From Catajapyx aquilonaris (taxonomy: Eukaryota), in contig KZ538345.1 in the NCBI GenBank assembly GCA_000934665.2, positions 1 to 64,000 on the forward strand: 64,000 nt of DNA, given 5' to 3'. The notes under the pieces were generated by a model. The model ran no database searches and was not told the DNA's origin. It was given only the letters and a program-made list of their open reading frames with translations. The position numbers were made by a program, and so were the translations under genes. Shown here in pieces: positions 37,650-50,688 of this stretch. Each line of letters begins with the position of its first letter. The stretch's first letter is position 1.

Positions 37650-38044
37650 TTCTCTTTCTTCTCCCCTTTACCCCTCTGGTTCTCCCCCATCCGAGTTCAT
37701 TTCAAGTCTAATTCGAACCCTTCCATTTGAGCTCATCGGACCTCATCTAACGGTCCCCAGACGTTCTGTCGCCTGCCGGGACACCACAGACATTCAGACG
37801 CCCATATACCGGTATACACTTTGGACGGAATTCAAATGTTGCCTTAGAACTTAAAAGCGACGTTTAAAATTCTTGATGTCACCTAAGCATGATTGTATTT
37901 AGCTATTTTCAAATTTATGGATTCAATATTTAAATGCATCAATGTAATTATTGGTGTAAACTAGTGAAATGTAATCTATATTATTAAAAGCCGACTGTCA
38001 GGGACACTCCTCCCTCACCGTACGGCCTATGCAGCTTTGGTAGT

Positions 38045-38272
38045 GGTGTCCAAATTTTGCCAGCGTTTTCTATATTTGCAAACCACTTTTGGTTTTTGGA
38101 AGCGGTGCCGAGGGACTTTGTAAAACTCAAAAAACGCAAAAAAACGACCGCGTCCGTTCCACGGAATTCCCATTTCCGCCGTTCCGGGCGCCAGGGCTTG
38201 GTGGCGACTCGCTTACTTTTTCACTTCACCGTTGGATGTCGCTTCGATGCCTAATTTTTTGGCAAATTGGTG
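38045..38272 (+). repeat. Dispersed repeat, inverted relative to 59137-59405 (likely MITE fragment)
   Basis: Shared collinear blocks with the reverse complement of 59137-59405: gtc(c/a)aaattt, ctatattt, aaaacgcaaaaaaacgac, cgccgttccgg, ggatgtcgct, gcctaattt, ttggcaa(a/g)ttggtg. Confidence 0.7.
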
Positions 38273-38340
38273 AATAGTAGTAATTTATTAACAGTGTCAG
38301 TATTAAATTATGTCACTCTCTATTATACCGAATGTGTATA

Positions 38341-38534
38341 CAGGGTGTCCGAACAATTATCGGAAATATTGCACTAAGCTGCTTATTTTTTTAGCAGTGA
38401 TGCACCAGTGATGCTTCCCTGGCTTTATCAGTTGAGGGATGTGCCAGGAATGTTGGGGCATATTCTGGCTACATAGCTAGAAGATACATAGGCTTTTCCG
38501 ATAACTGTTCGGACAAAAAAGTTGAGACACCCTG
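38341..38534. mobile_element. Tc1/mariner-like MITE
   Basis: TA|CAGGGTGTC ... GACACCCTG|TA, plus an inner inverted pair tgtccgaacaattatcggaaa / tttccgataactgttcggaca. Confidence 0.8.
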
Positions 38535-41164
38535 TATAATGGAGCATAACCATTTAACACTAATATAACATCTACAGTATATATGAGTAGGCCTATAACC
38601 AAATTGTGTCGATTTTACATCGGCGTGTGTAAGTTAAACATCTTTGAATGAAGTCTTTGAAGGTCAGTAGGCAAAAAGGGTCGGGGTAGTACAGTACGTG
38701 GTCACCTACCAGTATGGTCGCGGAAGTGCACGTAATCAGAGGTCGTAAGGTTACGGCACGCCTCTTAGCTAATAGTTTGTCTTCAGATGCCTGTACGGCA
38801 AGGTTTATGAAGCGTGCATGAATCTTCGGCTAAGTTTACCGTTGGAAGAACAATAGCTCCTAAAGTAAGGGCTCATAACCTTACTGGCCGCACATTTTTA
38901 TAGGGCTGCGTGGGCTGCTTTCATTCCCAGAGTATTCTTGGACCGGGTAATAACAGGATCAAAAAATATATGTTGGGGAAGCTTAAATGCGGGCCCAAAA
39001 GTTGTATTCTCTCATTGTACAGGCTGCTCCAGAATTGAAGCCAAACCACGAGAGGGAGGTTATTAAGCACTTCCATTAAACCGTTTCAGCCGGCTAATCT
39101 ACATTGAGAAACGGGGGTTCCCCTCTCCCAAATTCAATCGGCAATTACTACCTTTGGGTGGGTTGAAGGAGGAATGGTGCAAGGGGGGGGAAAGAGCCAT
39201 CAGATCTTTTCCGACTCACAGGGACGTTAGGGATAATCAGGGAGGATTTGGTGAGAGAGAGAGAGAGNGGGGGCAGAAATAACCAATCTCATCCCCATGC
39301 ATTATCCTGAGTTGTAGGCAACCTGAGCCTCAAGCTCGAGTGGATCTTGCTTACCTCCCATCGAACTTAATGAAATTCCAAACTGGGTCCTTATTCTCAT
39401 TGATGGCTTTTCATTTACTTCCCCCTTGCTCCAGGGTGTCACATTACTCACCTATGCCCATCATTTGGGGGCTTTTACGTTCGGGTTGTGTCGCATGCCT
39501 TTGCCACAAGATCTTCAGGGTGGGTCGTATGGTACTTTACATTGAATAACATGATCTGTGGAACATGATTGACTTAATGGTGGACTTTATTACAAATCAG
39601 GGTATTGGATGCTGATTATGTTAACGTAGAGTAAGAACTTATTTATTTAAAAATTATTTTGTGTTTTAGACTTTTGCACAGTGGCACTAGCTTTCCCACT
39701 GTGTGGCAACAACAGTTCGGCAGAAATTACTGTCAGTTCTGAATGTAAAGATTTGAAACATTTTTGCAATATCAGATATCACATTATATAGACCAAAAGT
39801 CCAGCGACAGGCCTCAAAATGCCAAAGACGTTTTAAAACGAAACAACAGTGGCCGTCGACAGCCTAAGACTGGCCTAAGAAGAGAGCCCGAAAACGCAAA
39901 CACCCGATTGCCCAAATTGAAAAAGAAAATATCATTTTCGAAATATAAGACCCTAATATCCATTACCTCCTTTAAAACAAAAAAAAAACCAAGGGGGCTT
40001 ACGAAATAATGGTCTACGACCCTTGAAGTGTCAACGTCGACTCCAGATTTTTGATCGCCTATGAATGCCTGAACCCCCCCCCCCCCCCCCNGAGAGCGGG
40101 AAATGGAGCGTGTAAGTATCTCCACTTTAGGAAACTTTGCTTCTATACTTGGAATGGGGAAGGGATAGGCAAGGGTCGTCAATGAGCTCCTTCATAGTGG
40201 GGGTCCTTCCCTTCCAAAAAAAAGTGGGGAAAGCTATTTGACCCCGGAGCTTACCTGGCTCCACTTTCCTCTTCCGGTCTCCCCCCCCCCCCCCTCTCTA
40301 CTTTTAATCAAAACGGCCGTCCAACCGGAAAAATCCACAGCACTTTAGAGGCCATCTTTTTTTTCAGTCTCTTACGCACGGTCTAGCTCTTACGGGTTAC
40401 TTCACCCTATCCACTTCCTCTAGGCACGCGCCTCCGGGGCGGCTTCATGGAGGGGAAGGACCGGGGACTGTTTTCCGGATTTACGGGCATGCAGGAGGGG
40501 GTTCGCCTTCCCCGGGAAAGCACAAAAAATAGGGAATCCTCTTTTCCAGACGAGGGGTCCGGTTTTTGCACCTCAAGGCCAGTTTTAGCGTTCCAGAAGG
40601 CAAACACATGGGGGGTTTATCTGCCATCTTCCGCCATCTTGATTGAGCCTTTGCTTTCATGTAATGGTGGGTGGGAGGTGGGGGTCAAGAGATGGCGGTG
40701 ACTTTGGACTCTTCCGTCTCATCAAGTTGGCTCTTCCGACTTGGCCCGGGGGCCCCTTCAGATTTCCCTTTGATCAAAGGAAAACAAGAGTCGTGCCGCC
40801 AATCTCGGAAACTAAAGACGGAGATTGAGGGAGGGGTGGGAGGATGGGGAGGAACAGGTGACCTTTTTCTGAAATAGAAACGCGATTAGGTTTTGCAGTC
40901 CGTCGGCACAATTCTACCTTCGGTTCTAGCGAATTCGGAGTGAATTTGTCGCAAATATGTCCTAGGAATCCACCGTTGCATGATCGGTAGTCAATCCAGA
41001 ACACGTGATTAGTAATCCTACCCTACTTGTTCTGACAAGAGTTCTAAAATTCTAAAATGATACCTTCAATAAAAAATAATGTTTAGTTAGTAACTCAAAG
41101 TAAAGAATTACTTTTTATATGAGTTTCCTGTACCCAGAGCTCCGCCCCAATAACGGGGCAACTT

Positions 41165-41261
41165 AAAATAATAAAAATAATAAAAATAAAAATAAAAATA
41201 AAAATAAAAATATAATAATAATAATAATAAAAATAAAAATAAAAATAAAAATAAAAATAAT
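41165..41261. repeat. (AAAAT/AAT)n microsatellite
   Basis: Directly visible. Confidence 0.9.
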
Positions 41262-41381
41262 CAAACATAATTTAAAGACATACTAGAAAACCATTCGCTT
41301 CGCTCACTTTCTTCCAGGCCTGCGGTTGAGGCCATAGTCTATTGTTAATCGAACCAGGGGGGGAGGGGGGGGGGAGTAGAT

Positions 41382-41634
41382 CAGTCCTTCCGAAACTGTT
41401 GGGTCGCGAATATAATTGAGGTCGTGAGGGAGGGTAACAAATAAGTTTAACAAAATGATTATATCTCTTTGAAAAAATACGCCCGTAAACGAGATGTATT
41501 AATTTATCGATGATTGTCATTGACTACCACTATGTACACTGTACTGTACAGTACAATGCCTTTTCGTGTTGGGGGTCGCGAATTTTACGAGCCAATTTTT
41601 TGGGGTCGCTGACGAAAACGATTAGGAAGCACTG
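41382..41634. mobile_element. hAT (Buster-type) MITE with perfect 8-bp TSD
   Basis: TSD gagtagat at 41374-41381 and 41635-41642, with a central TA. Ends are CAGTCCTTCCGAA ... TTAGGAAGCACTG, with subterminal GGGTCGC repeats. Confidence 0.88.
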
Positions 41635-43059
41635 GAGTAGATGGAAAGCCTTGAGGGGGCAGGGCGGCAGATGTGATGGTGGTAGTGGTGGTGGGGAGAC
41701 TGGGTGTGGGAGTGGGGAGGGAGAGAAGTGAACCCTTCAGCCGACAGCAATCTAATGGACAGTTCCCCCTCCCACCCACCAGAGGCGCTGCCTACACTCA
41801 CTGCGCATGCGGAGAACACATGCCAATAGGAAGCGTCACAGTAACAAATGCGGCGGTCCAATCAGAAAGCGTCTGCAAACATGCCCACTAAGATTTTAAT
41901 ATTATTTATTTATTTTGCACAGAGAAGGTAAAATGACAATAACTGTATTGTTAGAAGTCTGTGGTTTTCCGGGAAATCCATGTATAGGCCTATGAAGAGG
42001 TAGGCTACCGATCTGAAGAATTCGGGAGCCCAGTGTTAATGAGGAAACCAGGCCAGGCTGTCTTTTATCTGGAAGAATCGAAATGTCCCTAATTACCCCC
42101 CTTCTTGCCGCTGCATATGTATGTGGGGAGTCTTTTGGCGCGTGGGCGATTGCAGGATAGCAGTCTGACTGAGAGTTGTGACCCGTGTCCTTGGAGCGGT
42201 CCTTGCCACTGAATTGGGCATGAGGATGGTACACCCCCCTTAGCCCCCTCTGCTTCTCTCTGAAGTAAGTCAGGTGTAGCTGCGCCCACCTTGTCCGTGG
42301 ATAACGCGATGATGAGGCCCTTTCCCCCCCATCCACCATGCACCCACCTACGCCCACCTGCTCCTTACTATTCAAATGGCCTCTTTGTTCCCCCGATTCA
42401 TGTTGTCGACATCACACCTCACTCCGAAACATGCCCTCTTATGGCCTCCACACCTACCGCCCAGAGGGATAAGATAGGTAGAAAAAAAAGAGAAAGGGAA
42501 GGAAGATGCCGAAGAAACAAAACCAAAAAAAAAAATCTTCACGCGACTACTGATGGACTTGCTCTGGTCACGTGGTCGACATTTCGACCCGTTTGACCAT
42601 ATTGCGAGCTGGTGGTCCACACTTCAACAGGTTCTGAGATCCATACTGTTATGTAAAGAGAGGTATAATTAAGGGGTTGGTTGGGTAATGATCCACTGCG
42701 GAATTTCCGAATATACCAAAAAAAGGGTATTGTCAGACGTATATAAATGGGAGTATTAGCAGAGTTAGTGGGTGATATTACACTGCGGTAATTATAACTT
42801 TTGATTGGCCTGCGGGCTCGCGGGACATTACGGAGTTCGAATAATTTGTTCGCAATTTTTTGGACATATCGTGCATTTTTTACAGGTCGATAATTATGAG
42901 AGTTATGCATAACATTGGTATCAAGGACGGAAATCTGTGAAAAGTTTTTCGCCACAGCACCAGAGTATGCATGACCAAATGAGGAATTAGTAATGTAATT
43001 TAGCTCAAATTCGACGCTGTAAAGGAGAAGCTAGGAGTGGAAGGAAGATACTGTATCCA

Positions 43060-43190
43060 CTCTGAAGAGGAAGCAATACCTGAATATATAATTATATGCT
43101 ATTGCCCTGAGACTGACAGGAAGAAACACGTGGAAATCTCCGACTCAGGATGGATTCGAACACAGGACCTCCCGAATGGAAGGCGTAACT
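43060..43190 (-). mobile_element. SINE fragment (tRNA-like head), related to 47095-47235
   Basis: ggattcgaacacaggacctcccgaat is the reverse complement of a B-box-containing head and parallels gaatcgaacccaggacctcccgatt at ~47205-47230. Confidence 0.55.
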
Positions 43191-45685
43191 ATACTATATA
43201 CTAGGCTACCTCTATGCGCATTTGCGGGAGAAGTATAGACCTAATCGGCAGAAATTTTTCAGCAAGCAAGGGCTTTATTTTGTATTACAACAGCAACAAC
43301 AATAATAAACCAACGACAGCGAAGAATCGAAGATGGTGGTGGTCTGGCTCTTGAAAGTATAACATTCTCTCACCATTATTTGCACGGTTAGTAATAAACC
43401 ATAAATTACTCCATCTCATCATTATCATCATCACCACCTCCTCCATCGCTATCGTCACAATTGCAGTTTTGGTAGTTATATAACTACCACTAAAACTGCA
43501 GTTGTGACGATAGGGTAGGGGGGTAGGGCCGTAGGGGACTGTAGGGTGATAATTATTATGGGGAAATATTTTAATAATCAAAGATAACCGAAGGTGGCGA
43601 GTGGCGATGATGATCACAATCACCATCACCATCACAACCAGTGATGATATTCATGTTGATTAGCTGGAGAGTGCATCTTGCTTTGTGCGCGACTCCTACC
43701 AAAATTGCAGTAGTGCCAAATGATCAGTATAGTTGTAGCTTGCGGGTATTTGCGTGTATACCATATAATATACACTGTACAGTATATAGTCATGTTGCAT
43801 GATCTAACGGATTAAATGAAATGATATAGAAACAAGCCCTGAGTCATTCCTATATAATATGCTTGAAACGTTTATATGGGTATGTAATGTACTGTACAAC
43901 TGTATATCGAGGTGAGTGGGAATAGAAACAAAATAATATTGTATTGTTCTACACCTGCAAAATTCAAACGAGCTATGCAAGGTCAGAATGATATGGCCAC
44001 TTTATACCCAAACATTTTTCCTTCGCAAGTTACTGACTTCAGTGTTACAATTTCGTGGGGTTATACATCACATTCATATATAGATTTAATCGGCGTGTCA
44101 TGCAGAGTGTTCTCATAATAAAAGCCCATGTGTAAATGCATAAATTTAAATTAAATTACAAAATACCCGTTTTTAAAGATTTGTTTTTAGATGCATAAAA
44201 ATAAGTTGGTATAAATATAAAATTAGTATAATCACGTGAACAGCACTCCCGATTTGTCCACAGGATGGCCCAATTGACTCACACTTTTAACAATCTAAGC
44301 GTGGTAAAAAGTGATGGATTACTTTATCCTGTCTCTCTCGCGCATTCTCATATGGTAGATCCCGATGTGTATGCTGGTCTGTAATACGTATACAGGTCAC
44401 CCGGAGGGTGCCCACCAGGTCTCCACGAACTGACAAGCAGTTGTCTAAATACTCATCAGTATCTCATAGATAAGTGATTAGTGACAGCGAGGGCGGGAGG
44501 GGAATTCAATCAACCGCGTGCGGTTTCTGATAAAATGTGACTTTAAATAACGTAGTTGAAGAGTTTTCTGCGTTGGCCAAAGTTTGTACGGTATAACGTA
44601 TTTGAGATACTCGTCAACCGAACATTTGTCCCACAGTATAATAATCTCCACCATCGAGTCATCAAGGTGTTGAGGTCGCAAAATGTAGGTCATCTGAAGT
44701 TCATGAAACAGTGAACCATATTCGAGAAAGGTTCTATGACAGTCTCCAACACTCAGCCGTAGGACCACATTTTACCATTTATTTTTTGAAAGCACGCTAA
44801 GGATGTTTACCAAAGGAACACTTGTGTTCTGATGTAAGGCAATGGCATGGATCCAAAGGGCTGTACAGCACATCCGACAGAGACATTTTGGACCCATGTC
44901 AAGTTTATGGGCCGGTGTCTATGATGGCGTGCGGATCCTTTATAGTTGCGGTTCAAGATAAATAAAGCTACGGTTGATAAACTTGTCTTATTGCGTTACC
45001 AACTCCTGCGGCCAAAATTTTTCGCCAATCATAGCCGCCATTTTTTTTTCAACATGCAAAAAGTGTGATGTTTGGCAGGAAAATACACCACGCGTTTTGA
45101 TAAAATGTCACATGATTACACGTCTCGATGTAGTAAACCATGGTATCCTCTGACTAAATTAGCGTTACCGTAAATGTATTCATGCATGCGGTAGCCTACA
45201 CTGTGATCAGACTGAAGTGCCATACTTTACGGCCGAGACCACAAAAACTGTTCTATTGTCCCCCTTTTACATTGTCGTTCATTAACCGGCGTATCTAGGA
45301 ACGCCCTTCAAGTTGACAGCCATAACTTTTCCTCCACCTGATACCATCTACACCGCTAAGATGCTGGTCCAATCGGGGACCCCTCTGTTTTAAAATATAT
45401 AGTTAGTGACAACGATTAGGCCGGCATAAGACTACTTATCCAGCATAACAGGAAGCATGGGATGGAATTGCTTCTTGGTCCTCCTGTAGGTAGGAAGGTA
45501 TCAGATATTCTCCGTTGGAAACGAGGATTGTGCCCGAGTCGCATGTTCAAGTCTCTGCTATTATATCGCACCTCAATACAGGTTCAAACCGGCCTGAAAC
45601 GTAGTTTACTTATGCTGCTGTTTGTCAATAAGGTATGTTGCAGAAAAGGACACCTTGCTGTACCTTGCTGTATGTTGGGTCATCT

Positions 45686-46057
45686 TCCATTCTCTGAAAC
45701 AAAGCCTAATGTCCCATTCCTTCCCAATTAACTACAGGGTGTGCCAATAATTAAGCCTGCAAAAAATTGAACTTATCACTGATGTAGTACCATGTCATTG
45801 GTTCCAATAGGCCATTCCTAATTAGATAATTTCAATTCACAGCATGGAAAGACTATTCATTTCGCCCTTTTAGCAGATAGGGTAATGCTTTTGATAAACG
45901 CTATAAGTGGCTATTCAAGAGTTAGTAACTGCTTAGAAAGAATCTGCTAAATACTGTAGCTTAGCACTTTGGACATTGCAATAGGAACACCCAATATATT
46001 TATATTAAAGTAAATAAATGACATTTATATCGTTGAACAACAGTATAGTAATTTATT
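45686..46057 (+). repeat. Local direct duplication, copy 1 (contains a CAGGGTG-type MITE plus flanks)
   Basis: Aligns by eye with 48811-49173 along its length, including sequence on both sides of the tacagggtg..ggaacaccc MITE. Confidence 0.85.
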
Positions 46058-46880
46058 CCAGAATTTTTGAAAGTGTGGTCGTGAAGATCATGAAGGAATA
46101 ATTGGAGGGTTGATTACCAGGTTGATGGGCCTGCCCTTTCTACCGTTTGAATTGTGGTGATATGTCGAGGAGGGCAGCGAGTCTTTCATTTTGGTTCAGA
46201 ATGGAGTGCACAAAACTGAGTGTGACATAATCCGTAGGTTTCTGCTTGTTGTTAATTGTTGACAAAAACTAACAGTAGCAGTGAGAGGAGGGATGTTAAA
46301 ATTCAGAATTTTAGTTGTTAAAATCATGGGTTTCAACAGACATTTATGAATGGCAGCCAAGATGTATAGGACCGACGCATTAGCTATATGACCTACCTCA
46401 GAAATATTAAAATTCAGGGCTAGGAACCGCACGGGACATATATACCACCCACGGGCACCACCTGCTTTAAAAACAACCCGCTCCCCAAAAATTCAATCCG
46501 GGAGTAAAAAGTAATTACCAGATTAAATAATACCATGAGTGACATAAAAGCACCTTAGGGCCATTCCCGTTAATTGATAGTAACCCGGTTCCTATGATTT
46601 AACAGAGGCTAATGATTCTCCCTCCCACCTCTCGATTCAACCTGGGTGGCCAAGAGGCCACATCCAAACTGCCCTCCAGGTCTATACCCATGGTACCAAA
46701 GCATCAACCGGTTAAAAATACACGCTGTTAGTGATTTACCTTCTATACCTACATTACCTACATAACAGGCTTTAAAAAAATTAAGGGTATACCTTCTGTA
46801 TGTTGGTTGTGTGACCGATAGTGGACCCTCTCTATCCGCGGGGGATTTGTTCGGGCCAATACCACAATTGGCAGTGTACA

Positions 46881-47277
46881 CAGGGTGTTCCAAATATCCG
46901 GATCACTTTTGGATAACTGCTATTGCCTGATAGCAGTTATTTTTGTAGCAGTTATCCAAAAGTGACCCGTATATTTTTATTTATTTATTTATATTTACCC
47001 CTTTGGGAGAATCGGCGCTCCATTAGGGGGGGTGGAATACCACCATTTTACCACTCAATTTTTCTGACTTTTTCACACATGGGTGGGGCCAAGGATAGGG
47101 AAGGAAGCGGCTGTGGCCTTTTATACGGAAGCGACCCCGGAATTATCCTGGGGGGGGGGGGACACCGTGGAAAACCACAGAAATCTACGGTCAGGGTCGC
47201 CGGGGAATCGAACCCAGGACCTCCCGATTAGCAGTCGGACCTGCTTCGGTAGTGACCCGGATATTTAGAACACCCTG
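46881..47277. mobile_element. Tc1/mariner-like MITE with a nested SINE fragment (~47095-47235, minus)
   Basis: TIRs cagggtgttccaaatatccggatcact / agtgacccggatatttagaacaccctg|ta. The interior has ggaaggaagcggctgtggcc..ggaaaaccacagaaa..gaatcgaacccaggacctccc. Confidence 0.8.
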
Positions 47278-47639
47278 TACAGGCACGTCCTCTGTATACC
47301 TTAAATCATATCTACCTTATAGTAGATCACTAACTCATACCCAACCCTGTTCACCATCCCAGTCATTCGCACGTTAATACCTAATCAACATGGAGGTCCA
47401 GCCAACAAATTTTTTAAAGCCCCACCTGAATCATAAAACGGCTCTTAATTGGCAATTTTTTTTCCCTCTCCATTGCCAACCGCTGAATAGCTTGAATGAG
47501 CCGTGATCTGGCGGAATGAGTAGACAGCTCGGCGCCCACCTTCAACAGAAAATACAACCAGACGGCAGCACTGTCGCCACGTCCTACCCAACTCTGTAAC
47601 CAGAGCGGGAAGAAATGGTCTTTCTCTCCTCCTCCCCCC

Positions 47640-47744
47640 NNNNNNNNNNNNNNNNNNNNNNNNNNNNNNNNNNNNNNNNNNNNNNNNNNNNNNNNNNNNN
47701 NNNNNNNNNNNNNNNNNNNNNNNNNNNNNNNNNNNNNNNNNNNN
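47640..47744. other. Assembly gap
   Basis: Run of N between poly-C and poly-T tracts. Confidence 1.
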
Positions 47745-48810
47745 TTTTTTTTTTTTTTAAGAAGGCAGTAGCTTCGGGTATATACACTTTTTTTGGGGAA
47801 CAAAATTCACTCAGAAGAACCAAGACTGCTTTTATACTAGGGTGTTGAGATAAGAAATGGGCGCGTGTAATTGCGCTGACAACGGCCATATTTCTAATCC
47901 GGAGCAGGGCCCTCAGTTTAGTATTCCAAAACCGGCCGGATGGGGGCAGGCTATTCGAATTTCATAGCCTGTCACACCTTCTAAAAAAAAAATTTATATA
48001 CATATATAAAAAAAACAACTTATATAAAAACAATCAATTTCACACCGTAAAGAGAGGAGCGTAAAAGTAAGTTGGGCTTTTTTTTTTATTACTCGGTGCA
48101 TAAATTGATGCAAAGTGGTCCAAAATGTCGGAGGGCATTAATGGCGGCAGTTTGGGAAAAGGAAAAAGGGGGGAACTGTCGTGACAAATGTGCTCCAAAT
48201 TGAAAATGTCGCGGGTGTTATAACTTGGCGGATTGCTCGAATGAGAACGGGGGCAAGAAGGGTGTCACTTTGGAGCGGTTGGAGAATTCGGCGGAGTCAG
48301 TCATTTGTACGGCGTTACGGACTCTAATTTTAGTGGGTCTGGATGTGCAATTTTCGGGAACATTTTTTTTTCGTTCTCGGTTTGATGTAATAAATTTTAA
48401 GGATATATGTACTTCGAGACTCCCATACACATTAAATCACCTGTATAGATGACTTATAACAGCTCTTGGTTATAATACCGTAAATAGTTTTGCTCTTTTG
48501 GAACTGTGTGTATGAAATCGAATTAGGGCAAATGTCTGATTATGCATATGTATTCTCAAGGCACAGTCCGATATAACCGGAGTTTTTCTCCTTTATTTTC
48601 TGTGATACACCGGTCAGTGCATAGAGTTATTATACCAACTAATATCTTGCATAGAAGTAGAGGCTCACCAGAAATATGATGTCTGCTAGTAGTTTCTTCT
48701 TCCTCGCATCAGTTTCACACTGACAGATACACTGCTTCATTATTGGCGTCAAAGGGGGCCAATTAGGGCCTTCATAACTTACCATGAAACCAAGAAGCAT
48801 TTATGTTCCA

Positions 48811-49173
48811 TCCATTCTCTGAAACAAAACCCACTGTCCCATTCCTTCCCACTCACCCCCCTACAGGGTGTTCCAATTAAGTCTGCAAAAAATTGCACTT
48901 ATCACTGATGTACCATGTCATTTGTTCCAATAGGCCATTCCTAATCGGAAAATTGCGATTCACAGCATAGAAAGACGATTCATGACGGCCCAAAAGCAGA
49001 TACGGTTATACTTATGATAACAACTTAAAGTAGCTATTCAAGAGTAACTGCTTAGACAGAAGCTGATAAATATCTTAGCACTTTGGAACATTATAATTGG
49101 AACACCCAATGTATTTATTATATTAGAGTAAATAAATGACATATATATGTTTGAACAACAATAGGAATTTATT
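48811..49173 (+). repeat. Local direct duplication, copy 2
   Basis: See 45686-46057. The MITE TIRs cagggtgttccaatt / aattggaacaccc are clearer in this copy. Confidence 0.85.
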
Positions 49174-49221
49174 ATTTTCATTCAACGACTTTAATCATTT
49201 GCCTGATCTGTGATGGATTTA

Positions 49222-49387
49222 AATTGTGGGAGGAAACGGGAGAACCCCGAGAAAACCCACGCAAACACGGAGAGAATCCATCGAAACACTTTCCACATAA
49301 GCATCCTCTGCCCGATCCGGGGACCGAACTTGGGACCTCAGAGGTGGAAGGCTGTGGCGATAAGCACCACTACACCACCGTGTCGCC
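49222..49387 (-). mobile_element. tRNA-derived SINE with V-SINE-like central domain
   Basis: Minus strand: head ggcgacacggtggtgtagtgg..aagttcggtcccc, then ttctctccgtgtttgcgtgggttttctcggggttctcccgtttcctcccaca. Confidence 0.8.
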
Positions 49388-49616
49388 CATTACTCATTAC
49401 ATCTAGCAGGCGCTGATTTCGAATATGAAGTTTCTATCAGGATCAATAATTTTCTTGTAGCAAACTTACCTTTTTTCTAGAAAGTATTGCACATTGCAAT
49501 AGCACCTCATGTATATTTTAAAGTAATAAAATTCCATATTAGGATTTATCGGCTTATCTATACTTCTTCCAAAATAGGAGAAACATGATAGGCAATGTTA
49601 GTCATTACTTACTAAC

Positions 49617-50406
49617 TGAATCGTGGAAATCAAAACCGCTCTATGTTACATTTTTCGGATAATTATTGAACGAATCCTAGAATACAGATCGCACATGCGT
49701 GATATTGGTATCCACGGAAAGATGTGATGAAACTGTCGACATACCAGATGGTACGACTCCTTTGAGTTGAACGACGACTGAATGGTAAGGGACAATATTG
49801 GACCCCACCGCAGAGGCTGGAAAAAAGAAAAAAACATCTCAGTTTTAATTTCTACACAATCGTGGAACGTCAAACTATGTTATGTTAAGCGTAAATGAAA
49901 TGGTGCACGTAACTCAAAATTGTGATTCGCAGAATCCAATGCGGAAAAAATAGTTCCGGCGAAACTGAACGTGCGTTGCAAGAGAGGGGTGATGAAGTAC
50001 CTCTCACGTACTGCTCCTGCATGAGTGACGTGTGTCGAACCACATGGTATAAGTTCAGTTTCGCCGGAACTATTTTTCCCGCATTGGATTCTGCGAATCG
50101 TATTTTTGAGTTACGTGCACCATAAATTTGATTTTATAACTTAACATAGCGTGGTTTTACGTTCCACGATTGTTTAGAAATCAAACCTGTGTTTTTTTTT
50201 CGGCCTCTCCGGTGGGGTCCAACTGTCGCTTACCATTCAGTCGTTCAACTCAGGGAATCGTACCACCTGGTATGTCGACAGTTTCACAATATCTTTCCGT
50301 GGATACCAATATCACGCGTGTGCGATCTGTATTTTCGTTCAATAAGGGTGAGTTTATAGTTTATCCTGAAAATGCAACATAGCTCGGCCTTTATTTCCAC
50401 GATTCA
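49617..50406. repeat. Long inverted repeat (foldback), ~350-bp arms, 82-bp spacer
   Basis: 49617-49970 pairs with 50053-50406 through long exact blocks (gatattggtatccacggaaagat, gaaactgtcgacatacca, atggtgcacgtaactcaaaa, gattcgcagaatccaatgcgg, aaaaatagttccggcgaaactgaac). A weaker outer match gcgctgatttc/gaaatcagcgc lies at ~49410/50521. Confidence 0.92.
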
Positions 50407-50624
50407 ATTACAAATTATGTGGAATTTCAGTGTTCTGTACTATTTTGCTACCATAAAAACGGCGATTACTAAAAATTTCGGAATGATAGAAAATATGGGC
50501 TAAGATATTTGAAATCAGCGCAAAAAAACAAACAATACGATAGCATATTCTTGTAGGCTAAAATTATCTTAGGTCTGGTCGTTTTAAGACAGCCAGTTGT
50601 GGTCGTTCCTCCCTATTAATACTG

Positions 50625-50688
50625 GCTCAAAACGATGGAGACGATTTTGCATTTGTTTCAATGCAAAATCGTCTCGATCTTTTTGAGC
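50625..50688. repeat. 64-nt near-perfect hairpin
   Basis: gctcaaaacgatg-gagacgattttgcatt-tgtttc-aatgcaaaatcgtctc-gatctttttgagc: a 29-bp stem with 2 mismatches and a 6-nt loop. Confidence 0.85.

Noticed and set aside
44478..44768. Possible Harbinger or piggyBac transposase remnant (GSLFHEL, SVDE, LRYL)
   Set aside because: Motifs are too short and scattered, and I could not define TIRs or a TSD. A profile search is needed.
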